This document shows positions 48,954 through 62,875 of a stretch of DNA of 64,000 nt, one piece after another (within the stretch, counting starts at the first letter, position 1; the number at the start of each line of letters is the position of its first letter). The notes beneath the pieces were generated by a model, which ran no database searches, had not been told where the DNA came from, and saw nothing but the letters and a program-made list of their open reading frames with translations. Where the stretch lies: the NCBI GenBank assembly GCA_951406725.2, contig OX597814.1, positions 187,798,001 through 187,862,000 on the forward strand, read 5' to 3'. A program made the position numbers and the translations under genes. The DNA comes from Octopus vulgaris (taxonomy: Eukaryota).

Positions 48954-49340
48954 GCAATCGGAAAAAAAGCAATCCTTCCTACACATATCACTGTAGACAG
49001 TTTCAGCGACAAAATCATGTCTCGCGGGAGGGTGGTATTTTGCGGACACTTTTGGGCAGCTGCTTTCCACACGAATGTAACAATCTATATTTCCTTTCAC
49101 GACGTTGAGCTCTAGAGGCATCTTTACTCTCTTGTTCATCAGGTATTTAGAAACTATCCCTTCTTGTGTATGTATGTGTGTGTGCGCGCGTATGTTTGAG
49201 GCTTTGAACCTTCAAAATCCTTGTCCTACAATAAAGATTTGCTCTACAATTATATTGAATTGTCTCTTTCTTTTAGGTACTAGCTTGTATGCTCAATCAA
49301 CCTATTCATACATGCAATCATGTAGACATACAAACATATA

Positions 49341-49503
49341 GGCACAGGAGTGGCTGTGTGGTAAGTAGCTCGCTTACCAACCACATGGTTCCGGGTTCAG
49401 TCCCACTGCGTGGCACCTTGGTCAAGTGTCTTCTACTATAGCCTCGGGCCGACCAAAGCCTTGTGAGTGGATTTGATAGACGGAAACTGAAAGAAGCCTG
49501 TCG

Positions 49504-49555
<52 letters not shown>

Positions 49556-49743
49556 TCGCCCCAACATCGCTTGACAACCGATGGTGGTGTGTTTACGTCC
49601 CCGTAACTTAGTGATTCGGCAAAAGAGACTGATAGAATAAGTACTAGGCTTACAAAGAATAAGTTCTGAGGTCGATTTGCTCGACTAAAGGCGGTGCTCC
49701 AGCATGGCCGCAGTCAAATGACTGAAACAAATAAAAGAGTAAA
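49341..49743 (+). mobile_element. Full-length SINE family C
   Basis: Colinear with 40294-40672. Confidence 0.88.
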
Positions 49744-49880
49744 CACACACGCATACATTTATATATACATATATTCTCTCTCTCTCTCACACACACACAC
49801 AGAATGTATGTGGATGACAATCTATTTGGTAAATCTGAATTTTCAACCATCCAGAAAGCAAGACATCTTTTGAAAAGTAT

Positions 49881-50280
49881 GGATCTTTTCGGTTTGAATA
49901 TAAATAATTTCCACGTAACTAAACACTTTTAAACTTCGTATACTGGTAGAATGTGTTTATAAAACATCTTTTTCTCTTGGCTTTATTGAGAACATTCTAG
50001 TTTTATAGGATATTTGTTGTTTTTTTCCCACAATTTCTGCAATTTCAACCAATCAATGACATCTATTGAGGTGAAAACATTCTGTGCCGTATGAATATGT
50101 CCCTCGTTTAAGAAACAGATTGGGTTTATTTACATTTGTGAAGAATAAAAGATACCCTTCCCCCCACCCCTAACCCCAAAACAGATTGAAATGCAATTGA
50201 TCGATACTAGGGTCATAATTATGGGTGACAATTTCACATGACACCGCTAGAAAAAACTGCCGTTCAAACCGAAAAGATCC
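49881..50280 (-). mobile_element. GGATCTTTTC MITE, 8-bp TSD
   Basis: TSD aaaagtat/aaaagtat; inverted relative to 19035. Confidence 0.88.
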
Positions 50281-50709
50281 AAAAGTATACATTTACCGTA
50301 TATTGGAAAATAGAGGCGGTCATACTTCATGGTTACTACCGAGATCTAATCACCTGCAGTTAGCGAGGTCAAATGATCAAATTCTCACCGAGCGAATCTC
50401 TACGCAGTGTCTTTATATGCAACAAAATAGCTGTGAAATCATAACCCTATTGTCTAGAAAAAACTAAAGCACACATACAAAGGAAGAAAATCCAAAGTGA
50501 CTGAGTAATGTAGAACTATGCACCTGGTAATGGCTAAAGTGGTTTTGCTATGATCGCATTTATGCGGGTTTTGACCTGGGGTTAAAACAACAGCAACAAC
50601 TGCGAACAAGCCAATGAAGTATTATCACGCAGTCATTCTACAAATATCTGACAAATTTTTTCTTGATTCACCTTATCTTCTCAAAAACTGAAGGACATAT
50701 TGGCTAATG

Positions 50710-51110
50710 GGTACTACTTGAGAACAGTGGTCCCAGTGCGCGCACTCGCGTAGTCGCGCTAGCTAGTCGTGACTAATCGATCCTACAACGAATACCTGTT
50801 TGTCCCCCTAGCATTGCTTGACAACCGATGCTGGTGTGTTTACGTCCCCGTCACTTAGCGGTTCGGCAAAAGAGACCGATAGAATAAGTACTGGGCTTAC
50901 AAAGAATAAGTCCCGGGGTCGATTTGCTCGACTAAAGGCGGTGCTCCAGCATGGCCGCAGTCGAATGACTGAAACAAGTAAAAGAGTAAAAGAGTAAGAG
51001 TAAAGTAAATAATTTTTTAAACAATGTAAATAACACACAAAAACACAAAGTAAGAATCGACTAGTCATGACTAGCTAGCGCGGATGCGCGAGCGCGCGCA
51101 CCGGGACCAC
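50710..51110. mobile_element. CpG-rich palindromic MITE (9-bp TSD) with nested family C SINE 3' half (~50790-51003)
   Basis: Starts GGTACTACTTGAGAACAGTGG, with TSD tggctaatg on both sides. The right TIR lacks its terminal ~17 bp. Confidence 0.8.
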
Positions 51111-51421
51111 TGGCTAATGTAGGCTTAGATAAACTATATCTAAAAAATGAATTAGTCACCGCCACATCATTTTGATAAAGTATCTACTCGATCACAACTG
51201 ACACGGGGTACTCATCCCTGTTTGTGTGTATGTGTATGATTCACTACAGATAATAGTCATTTTGAAACTAACAAAGGAAATATCAATAATATAATTAAGT
51301 TGGTGACAGTTTGTGGAAAAAAAAAAAGAAAAAAAAGAACCCTCCTTCCCCAAATAAAACAAACAACTAACCCAAATCTTATGGAACAGGAATCGCATTT
51401 TTAATATACAACAAAACAACA

Positions 51422-51650
51422 TTTATTTCTTTACTGCCCACAAGGGGCTAAACACAGATAAACTTAGATAGGTTTCGACCAAAGATTGGTCCAGGCCATG
51501 TCTAACTTAATAGCACCACCTGATACCACAGAGGGGACAAACAAGGACAGATAAACGGATTAAATCGATTATATCGACCCCACTGCGTAACTGGTACTTA
51601 ATTTATCGACCCCAAAAGGATGAAAGGCAAAGTCTACCTCGGCGGAATTT
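51422..51650 (-). mobile_element. SINE family A partial copy with a ~65-bp insertion
   Basis: The family A body is interrupted at ~51459-51526 between duplicated CACAGA. Confidence 0.7.
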
Positions 51651-53221
51651 TCTTAGAGTACAACAGGGGTCGCCACCCCCCCCCTCCCGGAGCCTTGTGG
51701 AGCTTTTAGGTGTTTTCGCTCAATAAACACGCACAACGCCCGGTTTGGGAATCAAAAACAACAAAACATTATTAACCAAAAGATCTCGAGTTACACTTTG
51801 GCAATAACAAAATTCAAGTTAGCAAATAAAAAAAAAGTTTACCCAAACATCGAAACCCTGCTAATTTATCGAAATGTATTAGAGTTCTTCTCTTATTGAA
51901 GAAAGCATTATATTCTGATTTAGCAAGTATTTTTTGTTTCATGTCAATGTTTCTTCCATACGTTGTTTTGCTTTCCTTTTTATCTAAGTTGCTGCTGAAG
52001 TATTTTCTTTCAGCAGTGAGGAGATGGTGGAAGATTAAGGTTTATATATACAGAGCAAGTGAGTGTGTATGTGTGTGAGAGCGCGCGCGCGCGTGCGAGA
52101 GAGAGAGAGAGAAAGGATGTGTATAGAGAGATTCAGGAACTTTTCGTGGAGCAGGTTGCACATCTATGTATGTATACAGTGTTAAAATTAAGCAACGATA
52201 AGCTGTCAATCGCTGCCAAAGACGGAGATCCGGATACAGATACCGAACTGAACATAGAAAGTAGTATTACGCAGACACAAAAGGATGACATTTACTCCAT
52301 CCTTTGTCTTTATTGGAACTATACATCCGTACATTTGCATCTACGTTCCGTCTTAGTCCTGGACCCCAATACGAAATTTAACCGCGCTGAGAGCTGGCTG
52401 AACGGCAATCCACTCGGTTATATTGACCTGTAAGTAGCAGCTGTTTTTTTTCTTCCCAAACACATACATTAAATATAAACAGAATTACAGCAAAACACAC
52501 ATGTACATATGGAACCACACTCACACACGGCGCTATAATTATTTTTTCCACCCATAATGCAATTCATTATCGACCATAATCTCTCTTTTTTTTTTTTGAA
52601 ACTTGCTTAACTCGATCAGAAGTTATCTATCTACGTGTCGTATCACCTGTATTATCAGTTCTATTGTCTTTGTTTAATTTTCTGATTGTTCCCGGAGAAT
52701 AGAAAATGTAGGAAATCGATTAAAAAACGAAAACATTGCACTGTCCTCCCTCCTCTCTCTCTGTCTATCTCCCTTTCTTTGAGTATGTATGTATGTAGAG
52801 AGAGATACATAAAGGGAGGGAGAGACAGAAAGGGGGAGGAAAAGAAAGTACAAAGTTTGTTTTGTGTTCGTATTTCTCCATCTATTTATATACGTGTGTG
52901 TATATATATATATAAATATAAATCTACAAGCAAACGTCGTATCTGAAGAAGAAGCACACTCTAAGAGCAGTAATATATTTATATGTAGTTAAATCTTTGT
53001 CCAGTCATAGAGTAACCAATAGTTTCTCATCCATAAAGGGCCCAACCTCATGGATATATGTGTGTGTGTGTGCGTGCGCGCTTTTATGTTCTCGTGGAAG
53101 TTGAACTGGCACGTTCACATACTGTATCCCAAATTAAAAGGGTCTAGTTAACGATCTTTGGTCGATAGTGAAACTCAGTAACGATTTGTGAGTTTTCAAC
53201 CTATATATATATATATTAATG

Positions 53222-53455
53222 GGTACTACTTGAGAACAGTGGTCCCGGTGCGCGCACTCGCGTAGTCGCGCATCGGCGCTAGCTAGTCGTGACTAGTCGA
53301 TCCTACAACGACTAACTAGCAAAGTAAATAAAACACAAAATAAATAATTTTTGTTAAACAAAGTAAATAACACAAAAACACAAAGTAAGGATCGACTAGT
53401 CATTGACTAGCTTGCGCGAGTGCGCGCACCGGGTCCACTGTTCTCAAGTAGTACC
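53222..53455. mobile_element. Intact CpG-rich palindromic MITE, 9-bp TSD (Merlin- or Mutator-like)
   Basis: TIR GGTACTACTTGAGAACAGTGG / CCACTGTTCTCAAGTAGTACC with TSD atattaatg. Confidence 0.88.
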
Positions 53456-53901
53456 ATATTAATGTTTGTTTTAATGTCAATTTATATATAAAAACAATTT
53501 ATCAATAAACTCGTTACTTTTTGTAGGGTACATGTTTATCAAACTTTTAGAAGAGTGGTGGCAATGCTTCCTTGAAAGTTTCGACCAGCTAGCCTTCGCT
53601 TGACTTCGAAGTTACTGTCACTCCTCTTGTAAATATTTAGTAAACACACACGCATACTTTTCTCCTTATTCATTTATGTGAGTGCGTGCACACATACACA
53701 CACACATATGTGTATATACATTCGGCATTCTAGAAGCCTGAAGGAGTCGGGCTCCTGTTAGGGACCTGCGAAATTAAAGGAGGGTGGCGGGGCAATCATC
53801 ATTATGGAATCGGACGACAGTCTGATCTGTCCTACACGTGACAGCAGCTGTTCGACATAATTCCACAAGTCAGCAATGTCCGGACATTGAACAAGCAATA
53901 A

Positions 53902-53940
<39 letters not shown>

Positions 53941-53944
53941 TATA

Positions 53945-54468
53945 AGGGCTGTCTTGGTGCAGTACCAGACAGTGGTTCTAATCTTAACTGATTGGAAGTG
54001 TTATCATGTACATTGTTTTGTCTTGGTATAAAAGATGGACTACAGCAAATATTCTGCTCAATACTACAGATTTGCTAGTCAGTTGTTTGACCATAACCAG
54101 TTGACCATGTCCGTTAGTGGTTGACAATATGTGCATCTCTGGTCACGAGCAGAAGTAGTGGGGGAGCATCATAGCCGTGTATTGAAAAGAATTCTTGGAG
54201 GTTTGGATAATTCACAGGGGTGGTTCGTTCAACATCCTTAAACAATCCTTATTCAGGGACCTTTTGAGTGGGATGGGCTACTTGACCAGAAGAAAATTCT
54301 AACTGGACCCCACCTGCAAGGTCGTGCGCTGTTTATTTTGATATGAGATCACCATGTCGTGCACATATGGTTGTGACGCATGTGCCTGGTGTACCCTGAT
54401 GGGTATACTGGGCTTCGTATATTTTACCCCAGTGTCACTTATATGGCATGCACTGCTCTCTCACTCAA
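53945..54468 (+). repeat. Unclassified insertion within an (AAT)n tract
   Basis: ~520 bp of higher-GC sequence bounded by AAT runs on both sides. It is single copy in the window and its class is unknown. Confidence 0.4.
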
Positions 54469-54489
54469 TCAATAATAATAATAATAATA

Positions 54490-54992
54490 ATAAAAGTGAA
54501 ATTCTGTCTGTCCGTTCGCCCGGGACCCCTGTATCTCAGTCTACGTTTGCTCTACATAGACGCATAATACCTTTTTGGAATCAGTATTACTCCGGGATTG
54601 AAAACCGGCACTTTATTTGGTTCTTGAACCTCCAGCATTGAGACCAGTCTGGATGAGAATTTGTTATATGCTAACAGTTGAAAATTCGGCGGAGGTAAAG
54701 GACATGGACTGCACCCACTTTGGGTTTTTTTTCTGAAAAAAAAAAAAATTGTAAAATCTCGATTTGGGGTTTTCAAAATCTTCAATTTTTATGTACGCTC
54801 CAACCGGAGAGCCCGACAAGCTAGAAACAACAGCCAAACCGAAGATCCACTTTCTAAATACAAATTACCAAAAAAGAAAAAAAATTTTTTAGATGTCATA
54901 AATTTTTTACTATTATTGTTCTCTTTAGTTTTGGGTTGCAGGCCCAATTAGCCCCCATCCCGCAGGAGGTAGCTTGCGGCTTTTTAAGCTAG
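54490..54992 (+). mobile_element. Non-autonomous Helitron
   Basis: 3' hairpin CCGCAGG..AGCTTGCGG about 10 bp before CTAG|T, and 5' TAAAAGTGAAATTCTGTCTGTC typical of Helitron-N starts. Confidence 0.6.
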
Positions 54993-56899
54993 TGTATATA
55001 CATGGTACTTACATATCTACAGTATCCTACCAATACATACCTTCATGGTTGTTTTACCTCACTGTGAACCCTATGTTATTGTACCTGGCTAGTTCTGACG
55101 TCCTACCTGTGTGGTGATGTACCCAGATTCTAATGAATCCGATGACTAATCTATCTATCTATGTTTTTTTTTCTTTGTCCCCCTCGAAAAGAAAAACTCT
55201 ACATTGTAATTGTCCTCTCTGCGTCTAGCCCTGTGTGGTCAATAAAGTTATCTATTTGTCTGTCTGCCTGTCTTGATCAGTAGACGCACACACATACACA
55301 CATCGGTTCCGTAAGTGTTGTTTGAAGAATGAAGTTTGATTATGAACGATATTACAACACACAGAACGCATTGCCCTCTCTCCTCTTCACATCCAATTGT
55401 ATAATATAGTTTCTGTTTACAAACCCAAATTGTTCCCTATACTTCTGTTTTGATAGCTACAAGTTAGTTCTGATCGAGTAGATCTATAAACAAAAACATT
55501 CCAGCCACGACCATCCTATTTTTTTCTTATTGTCCAAGGTGTCTTTCCATTTGTAAGATGGTAAAGTGTAGAATGAGATATATATCGCTGCCATATCCTG
55601 CTCGATAAACGACCTCATAGAAGCTGCCTCATTGGCTCGTGTTCCATTATTCATAGCTGTGTATGTAAATAGATGTCAGTCTTATATATATGTATATAGC
55701 TTCCCATTAGAAATGTAACTGATTCAGTGAATTAGCTGTAATTATTATAGATTGTATGTATTTCTTATGTACACAACTTTCACAATCATCTTTTAAATTA
55801 TAAGCATAGTCACACACACACATACACACAAGCATATATTTATGGATGTATAGAATTTACATAATTACGTCTGTGCGTATGTATATATATATGTATGTAC
55901 TTGTCTGTACCTGATTAGCTTTTATTTAACACAAACACACTGAAATACTCACACATATTGAAATAAATAAACACACATAAAGGAAATTCAACAGTAACAT
56001 TATTCATGTTCATGCATGTATTGATAAAGTTTTATCTTAGCTTATTTATAGACTATTTAAAAGTAACACTGCTATCCCTACCGTTCCCATTTCCTCTGTT
56101 CCTATTTATACGAAGTCTAACTTGTGATCTTTGTTTCTTTTTTCTATTAAGTATTTAATTAAAAAGTTTAGGTACATATAATAAACAACCGGCAACATAG
56201 CGCTAACTAACAATATCGATCCAAATCTCTTTCTCCACAACATAGCCACTCGTGCGTGTTTATTGTATTGTGTGTATATACGCCAATATAAATGTTGGTA
56301 AAATAGTATTCGTTATAACTAATACTTTTTATTTATTTTATGTATGAATCTCCAAGTGTGAGTCTGTATATAGCTGGTGTGTGTGTATTCATCGGTTCAT
56401 TCAAGTCATCCAGTTTTTACGTATGTGCACGTGTGTGTTTATGAGTTCGTATGCTTTCATTCAACAAGCTACTTTTTGTTCTACCAAGCCAAGCAACACA
56501 ACCAGAAGTTATTAACATCATTCGGCCGAAATAATAGTGTATTCTCTTCGTCTGATTGCAATCTAGGTAAACTAATTATTCTTCCTTAGATAGGCGTGAA
56601 ACCTGAGATTTTTTTGGCGAGTGAAAATAGGAACCTCTGACGTTCATGCTTTCTCCAAGGGCATCAAAAGTGCGATTGAAGATAATTACCCTTCCTTTTA
56701 TCTTTTACTTGTTTTCGTCAGCGAACTGCGGTCATGCTGGGGCACCGCCTTGACTGTTTAGTCGAACACATCGACCGCTGTACTGTACTATACTTATTTT
56801 TTAAAACCCTGGTACTAATTCCATCGACCTCTTTTTGCCGAACGGCTAAGTTACGGAACTTACCATTACTTTATAATACCTTGCCTCGACGGGCAGGTT

Positions 56900-57465
56900 G
56901 ATAAATCTAAAAGCATGCGAAAGTAAAGTTAGATGTGGGAGAATTTTTTTGTGCTTGGTTTGGCGTACACAAATTGTTAGTAGTAAATGGTGAGACAGAT
57001 AGAATGATGTTGTACGAGCTAGAGAGAATTGTTAGGTGTTGTCTCAAGTTGCTGATAGTAAACTTCATTTCTCTCTCTGACCAAGGTTGGTCAGCCAGAC
57101 CTCGTTGAGTCGTCACGATGTGACTGACTGCTGGTTGAGTAGTCGGTCACCCGGCTGGTAAATGAATGATTTTTGCTTGGGATGTGCTGGCTTATATTAA
57201 GATCCAGAAGGATAGATGTATCGTCGAGAACAATAGATTTAGTTGGTGGCCGTGTTATCTATTCTAGCTTTTGGTGAAGTAGAAGAGGTTAGAAAGGGTC
57301 AAGTGGTGAATACATTATTTTGGCCAGCTAAAGGCATCTGGAAAATGTAAAAACTGCTGTCAGAGAAAAACCATTGTTCCATCGTGGGAAAAGTTCTGTA
57401 GCAGTGTTAATTCAAATTTGGCTTTGGTGGATCGAATCTACTTCATACATGCAAGATTCGCTACA
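56900..57465 (-). repeat. Diverged homolog of the LTR-like repeat at 16646-17273
   Basis: Shared blocks, e.g. AGAAAGGGTCAAGTGGT, GGCATCTGG and GAATGATGTTGTA, are reverse complements of sequence at 16770-17120. Confidence 0.5.
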
Positions 57466-58074
57466 CACTATGTGTATATATATATATATATATATATACA
57501 CGCACACACACACATAACAGCATGTGTATGCCTTTGCTTTTACCACACCCCAACAAAAAACGCCGGTTACCAAACACTGGTTGGAGATAAGTTCAACGAT
57601 TTCTTTCAGTTCCTGTCTACCAAATACACAAACCTTTGGTCGGCCCAGGGTCTATAGTGGAAGGCACCTGCCAAAGATACCAAGTAGTGGGGCTGAACCC
57701 GAAACATTGTATTTAGGAAGCAAACTTTTTACCACACAGCTACGCCTGCACCTATTTCTGTTTAGTAAAGATAACGAAATGCTAAGTTTGCCATAAATTT
57801 ATAGTTTTATGAGAATCTATTATAACTAACCTGAATTTGATTACAAACTGGGCCAATTTAGACAAGTTATCTAGAATATTCTGAAGTATTCTGGCCAGTA
57901 AAATCTTTTACGACTCACCGCGAGAAGAAAGATATCCAGCTGATGATCCGCAACACGATAGCAATGATTGATGAGTTCCAACATTATATCTAGCCATAGA
58001 TAATATCATTGATCTCAGTATGGACGCAGTATCATGACCGAATGGTTAAAAAGTTCGCCTTGTAAAGAGTGTTT

Positions 58075-58487
58075 GGATCTTTTCGGTTTGAACGGCAGTT
58101 TTTTCTAGCGGTGTCATATGAAATTGTCACCCATAATTATGACCCTAGTATCGATCTATTGCATTTCAATCTATTTTAGGGTTAGGTTTAGGGGTGGAAG
58201 AAGGGTATCTTTTTTTCTTCAGAAATGTAAATAAACCCAATCTATTTTTTAAACGAGGGACATTTCATACGGCACAGAATGTTTTCACCTCAATAGACGT
58301 CATTGATTGGTTGAAATTGCAGAAATTGAAGAAAAAACAACAAATATCTTACAAACCATAGAATTTTCTCAATAAAGCCAAGAGAAAAAGATGTTTTATA
58401 AACACATTCTACCAGTATACGAAGTTTAAAAGTGTTTAGTTACATGGAAATTATTAAAAAAAACTGCTGTTTAAACCGAAAAGATCC
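58075..58487 (+). mobile_element. GGATCTTTTC MITE, 8-bp TSD
   Basis: TSD gagtgttt/gagtgttt with internal TTAGGGTTAGG. Confidence 0.9.
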
Positions 58488-60010
58488 GAGTGTTTTTTTT
58501 TTAACAATAGTCTCTGGTCGATCCAAGTTCTTGTGAGTGAAAGTTGATAGACGGAAACTGTGGGAGCTCGTCAAATGAATTGTATCTGTAATCCAAAATA
58601 CACTGTGTCGTACTGATTACATTAAGGGTACAAGCGTCTGTGGAATGCTTTGCCACTTACATGCTAATTCATTGAGTAAGTAATTCAGTTAATCAGTTGA
58701 AAGCGACAGAGATCTATTTTTCTTAACTAATTCTATATCTGAAAACATCTGTTAATAAAAATAAACATGCAGCAGTTCAGTTTGTGAAGAACTTCAGGAG
58801 ACACAGACACTCTTCTAAAAGCACTCGACAGCAACTGTTTCTGCTAATATAAACAATATATGTGCATTCCCACAGTGCAGTAAAACTTGTTAGAAGATTT
58901 ATTTTAAGAAAGTAACACATCACAAGTACGAGCTTCTGATAAGTGGTATCATTGTAGTCTAAATGTTTTTACGGATATTTCTATTTAACCAAATCCGTTT
59001 GATTGGAACCTCATTTTTTGGAATTGATATCTTAGAACCGTAGTTCATCAGGCAGTTATATAAGGGTAGGTACAGTTATATATATATATATTTTTAGATG
59101 TTTTGAAGAGGACGGAAGTCTATTTCAAGAAGCTATTACTGTCGTCACTACGAACGACAAAATATTGAGGGAGTTTATAAAACTGATTCGAGGCAAGACC
59201 CCAGCTTGCATAATATTTTGAGAAAAAAAGCCCCCAAAAAAACCCAACAAAAAACACAAACAAAAACAACAACAAACCAATACTAAAACCATTGAAGAAC
59301 ATTTTTGTCGTGTTATTTCATTCATGTCTTGTAATGTAAATTGATGGTAGCAGTTTATCTTATCGACTCTGGAAAGATGAAAGTTAACATCGCCTAGATT
59401 TGAATTCAGAAGTGAAGGACTATAATTAAATACTGCTAGGAATTTTGTCCCTCGCTTCACCAACAACGATTCCGCCATTCCACCCCATTTATTAAAATCA
59501 TATTTTTTAAATTCCTTTTTTTTTTTTGAGAGAGAGATCCAAATTTTATTAGAACATTTAAATACAAACAAACACGAAAGACAGATAAGAAAAGAAAAAG
59601 TGGTGGTGGGGTTGTAAAACAACGCAAGATGGATGTGGAGAGGGCGATGGGCCGTACCCCGCAAAACAAATGTTGTGCTCAGCCGCGCACCGCGGTAATG
59701 ACCGTGATGTCGTTGTCGCGGAGAACGGTCAACGACACTCACTATAGCAATTTACTCCACTTCGCGGAGCTCATTCCTCCGATGGGCCGCCGAGGTGCTA
59801 GAGTACATTTGAATTTACAATTAGAACACCCACCCATATAAACATGCTCTTACACGCGCATAAAATATATTTTCTGTTAGTGATATTTCTACTTTAGTCA
59901 TATACCGCACATCGTCGCCGTGATCTCATAGTAAAATTGTTGTTGCTTGACTACAAGTTGGCTCTGATTTAGTAGATTTATGTTCATTGTGTTCATGTTA
60001 TACCAGTCAT

Positions 60011-60430
60011 AGAAGGCCGGTACGTTCTGAGTTCAAATTCCGCCGAGGCCGACTTTGCTTTTCATCCTTTCGGAGTCGATTAAATAAGTACCAGTGACGC
60101 ACTGGGGTCGATGTAATCGACTTACTCCGTGTGTCTTTCCTTGTTTGTCCCCTCTATGTTTAGTCCCTTTGTGGGTAGTAAAGAAATAGGTATAGAAGGC
60201 GGCGAGCTGGCAGAAACGTTAGCACGCCGGGCGAAATGCGTAGCCGTATTTCGTCAGCCGTTACGTTCTGAGTTCAAATTCCGTCGAGGTCGACTTTGCC
60301 TTTCATCCTTTCGGGGTCGATAAATTAAGTACCAGTTACGCACTGGGGCCGATATAATCGGCTTAATCTCTTTGTCTGTCCTTGTTTGCCCCTTCTGTGA
60401 TTAGCCCCTTGTGGGTAGTAAAGAAATAGG
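60011..60430 (+). mobile_element. SINE family A dimer bounded by one 12-bp TSD
   Basis: TATACCAGTCAT at 59999-60010 and 60431-60442. Confidence 0.88.
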
Positions 60431-61554
60431 TATACCAGTCATGACCATACTGTCCCTTTTGAAGTCCAGTACTACTTTACCTAGTAGTACTTTCCATGCC
60501 CGTCGTTAAGGGGTCGCATTGGACAGCACTGTCCCGTCACTATTCATTGGTGTACCTTCAGATTTATAATGATACATTTATTTCTAAACTCCACTTAAGC
60601 AGTAGTACAAATTAGTGTAAACCCAGAATGATCAGACACCAAAACCTGGCGATGGGCCTGGTACATTACTTATTAAGACAGTGGGGGTAGTATATGCGGA
60701 AAATTTTGCCCGCTTTTTCTAGCAGGTCGGTCTACTACGTAGAGGCTACTTCAATGGCTCATGGGACAATCAGTGATGGTATTGTGTTTGTATAAGATAT
60801 ATTAGTAGTTAGGTTCCAGGTCAATCTTTAATGAGCAAACCTCTGATCGAAGTCGTTCCAACCATGACTGTCCTTTTTTTTAAAGGTTGTTTTTTCGGAC
60901 TACATTATCTGATGTGTCCTTTTTTGCAGTAAAGCAGTTTTGTGTGATTAAATGTTATGCAAATTATTATAAGTATGTACCTTGCCTTGTCTCGATTACA
61001 TACTTCTTACAGGTTTGACCTAAACCGATATAAGAAGAAGAAAAAGAAGTAATTTTTTTTCATTGAACTAGTACTTTGTGTATCGACTCAAAATGGTGAT
61101 AAGCAAAAAAAAAAAAGAAAAAAAAGGTTAACCTCAATCAGATTTGAATTGAACGCACCGAGAGACAACGAATATAGGAAGGTATGTTACCTGACGCTCT
61201 AACAACTTTAGTGAACTCGCATGTAGATATATCTCAGTGTTGTTTTGCTGCTTAGCCAGAGGTCAACTCTGATCGAGCATATATAGTCTGTCGAACGATT
61301 AATATGATTGGTGGGAAGCGCGATACACAAATCCTGTTGTTCCGGATATGTTTTATTTCTACAGTGTTAAAAATGTTTCGTCTCCCCCAGATATATATGG
61401 TGTTTTTAATACTATATTATCAGAGGGAGACGAAAAATCGCCTCGCCAGAGCACCAAGTGCTTTTCGGCCTTTTTCGGCTTTGTCAATGACGTGTACTCG
61501 CCTTGACGAAATTTGTTACCTTCCCTATATATTTGTTAACTTCCTTGAATAGAA

Positions 61555-62468
61555 TAGTGCTGATTTTGTAGTGTTTACATATTTTCCAATGTAAATACTG
61601 TCCTAACCTATTGTGGTGATTTTTGTATTCGTTTGGTGTCAGCACAGGACATTCCGAGACCAGATGGTTTATTGCTTCGCCAAATGTATCGCAGAATTTG
61701 CATTTAGGGTCAGAACCGTTTTGAAGAACGTTAGCCTGATATTTTTTTGTGAGCAAGCTTTGATCTTGTGTTGCCAATATGAAACCTTCAGTTTCTGCTT
61801 TCAGTCTTGAGCGTCTTAACCACTGATTGATTGCTGCTTGATCTACATCAGCATTTCAACTTCGAAGTATATACCGTCCATGCAGAGGCTTCTGGCTTTA
61901 TCGCTCCTCAATTTATTTCTGCCCGTTCTTTTTGTAGTGTGTTTGATTCATTTTGCTTGTTTTGTGGCAGTGGTTTCAGGTTCTACATATATTTCAGGAT
62001 TAATGTCAAATTCACTTGCGAATTTGCAAGCTTCCTTGACAATAGAATGTGATTTTTTGCTGCTTCTGTATTTGCACAGAAGTTGCAGAGTCCAATTCTC
62101 TGTACTGGATAAGTGCCTGTTCATTGCTATGGTGGAGATTTTATAGCGCAGTTCTATCTGCATCATTCCTCTTCCCCCATTATTTCTAGGTAGGTACAGA
62201 CGATCAAAATCTGCTTTTGGGTGGTACATATTCTTAGAAGTTAGGAGTTTTCTTGTCTAAGCGTTGGAGCTCTGTTCGATTCCAGTTAATGATATTAAAA
62301 CTTTATTGGACTACTGGTAATGCCAAGGTGTTAATGGCTTCGATGCGATTTTTAGAGTTGATTTCAGTTTTTAGTATGTCTTATTCTCCTGTACTATTCC
62401 TTTCTTATTTTTCCTTCATGGTAGCATGTTGTATACCATATCCTTCGTTTATCCCCAGGTATTTGTAA
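61555..62468 (-). mobile_element. R4/Dong-clade LINE internal fragment (RT thumb to CCHC finger)
   Basis: YHPKADFDRLYLPRNNGGRGM and ATQDQSL...PKCKFCDTFGEAINHLVSECPVL..NEYKNHHNRLGQYLHW. Confidence 0.88.
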
Positions 62469-62483
62469 GTTGTTGTTGTTGTT

Positions 62484-62875
62484 AAGGCAGCGAACTGGCA
62501 GAATGGTTAGCATGCCGGCTGAAGTGCTTAGCGGTATTTCGTCTGCCATTACGTTCTGAGTTCAAATTCCACCGATGTCGCCTTTCATCCTTTCAGGGTC
62601 GATTAAATAAGTACCAGTTACGCACTGGGGTCGATATAATCGACTTAATCCGTTTGTCTGTCCTTGTCTGTTCCCTCTGTGTGTAGCCCCTTGTGGCCAA
62701 TAAAAAAATAGGTATTTCGTCTGCCGCTACGTTCTGAGTTCAAATTCCACCGAGGTCGACTTTGCCTTTCATCCTTTCGGGATCGATAGAATTAGTACCA
62801 TTTACGCACTGGAGTCGATGTCATCGACTTAATCTCTTCCCCCAGATTTGAGGCCTTGTGCTTCCAGTAGAAAAG
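62484..62875 (+). mobile_element. SINE family A dimer (second unit with an alternative tail)
   Basis: Junction AAATAGGTATTTCGTCTG at ~62706-62723. Confidence 0.82.
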
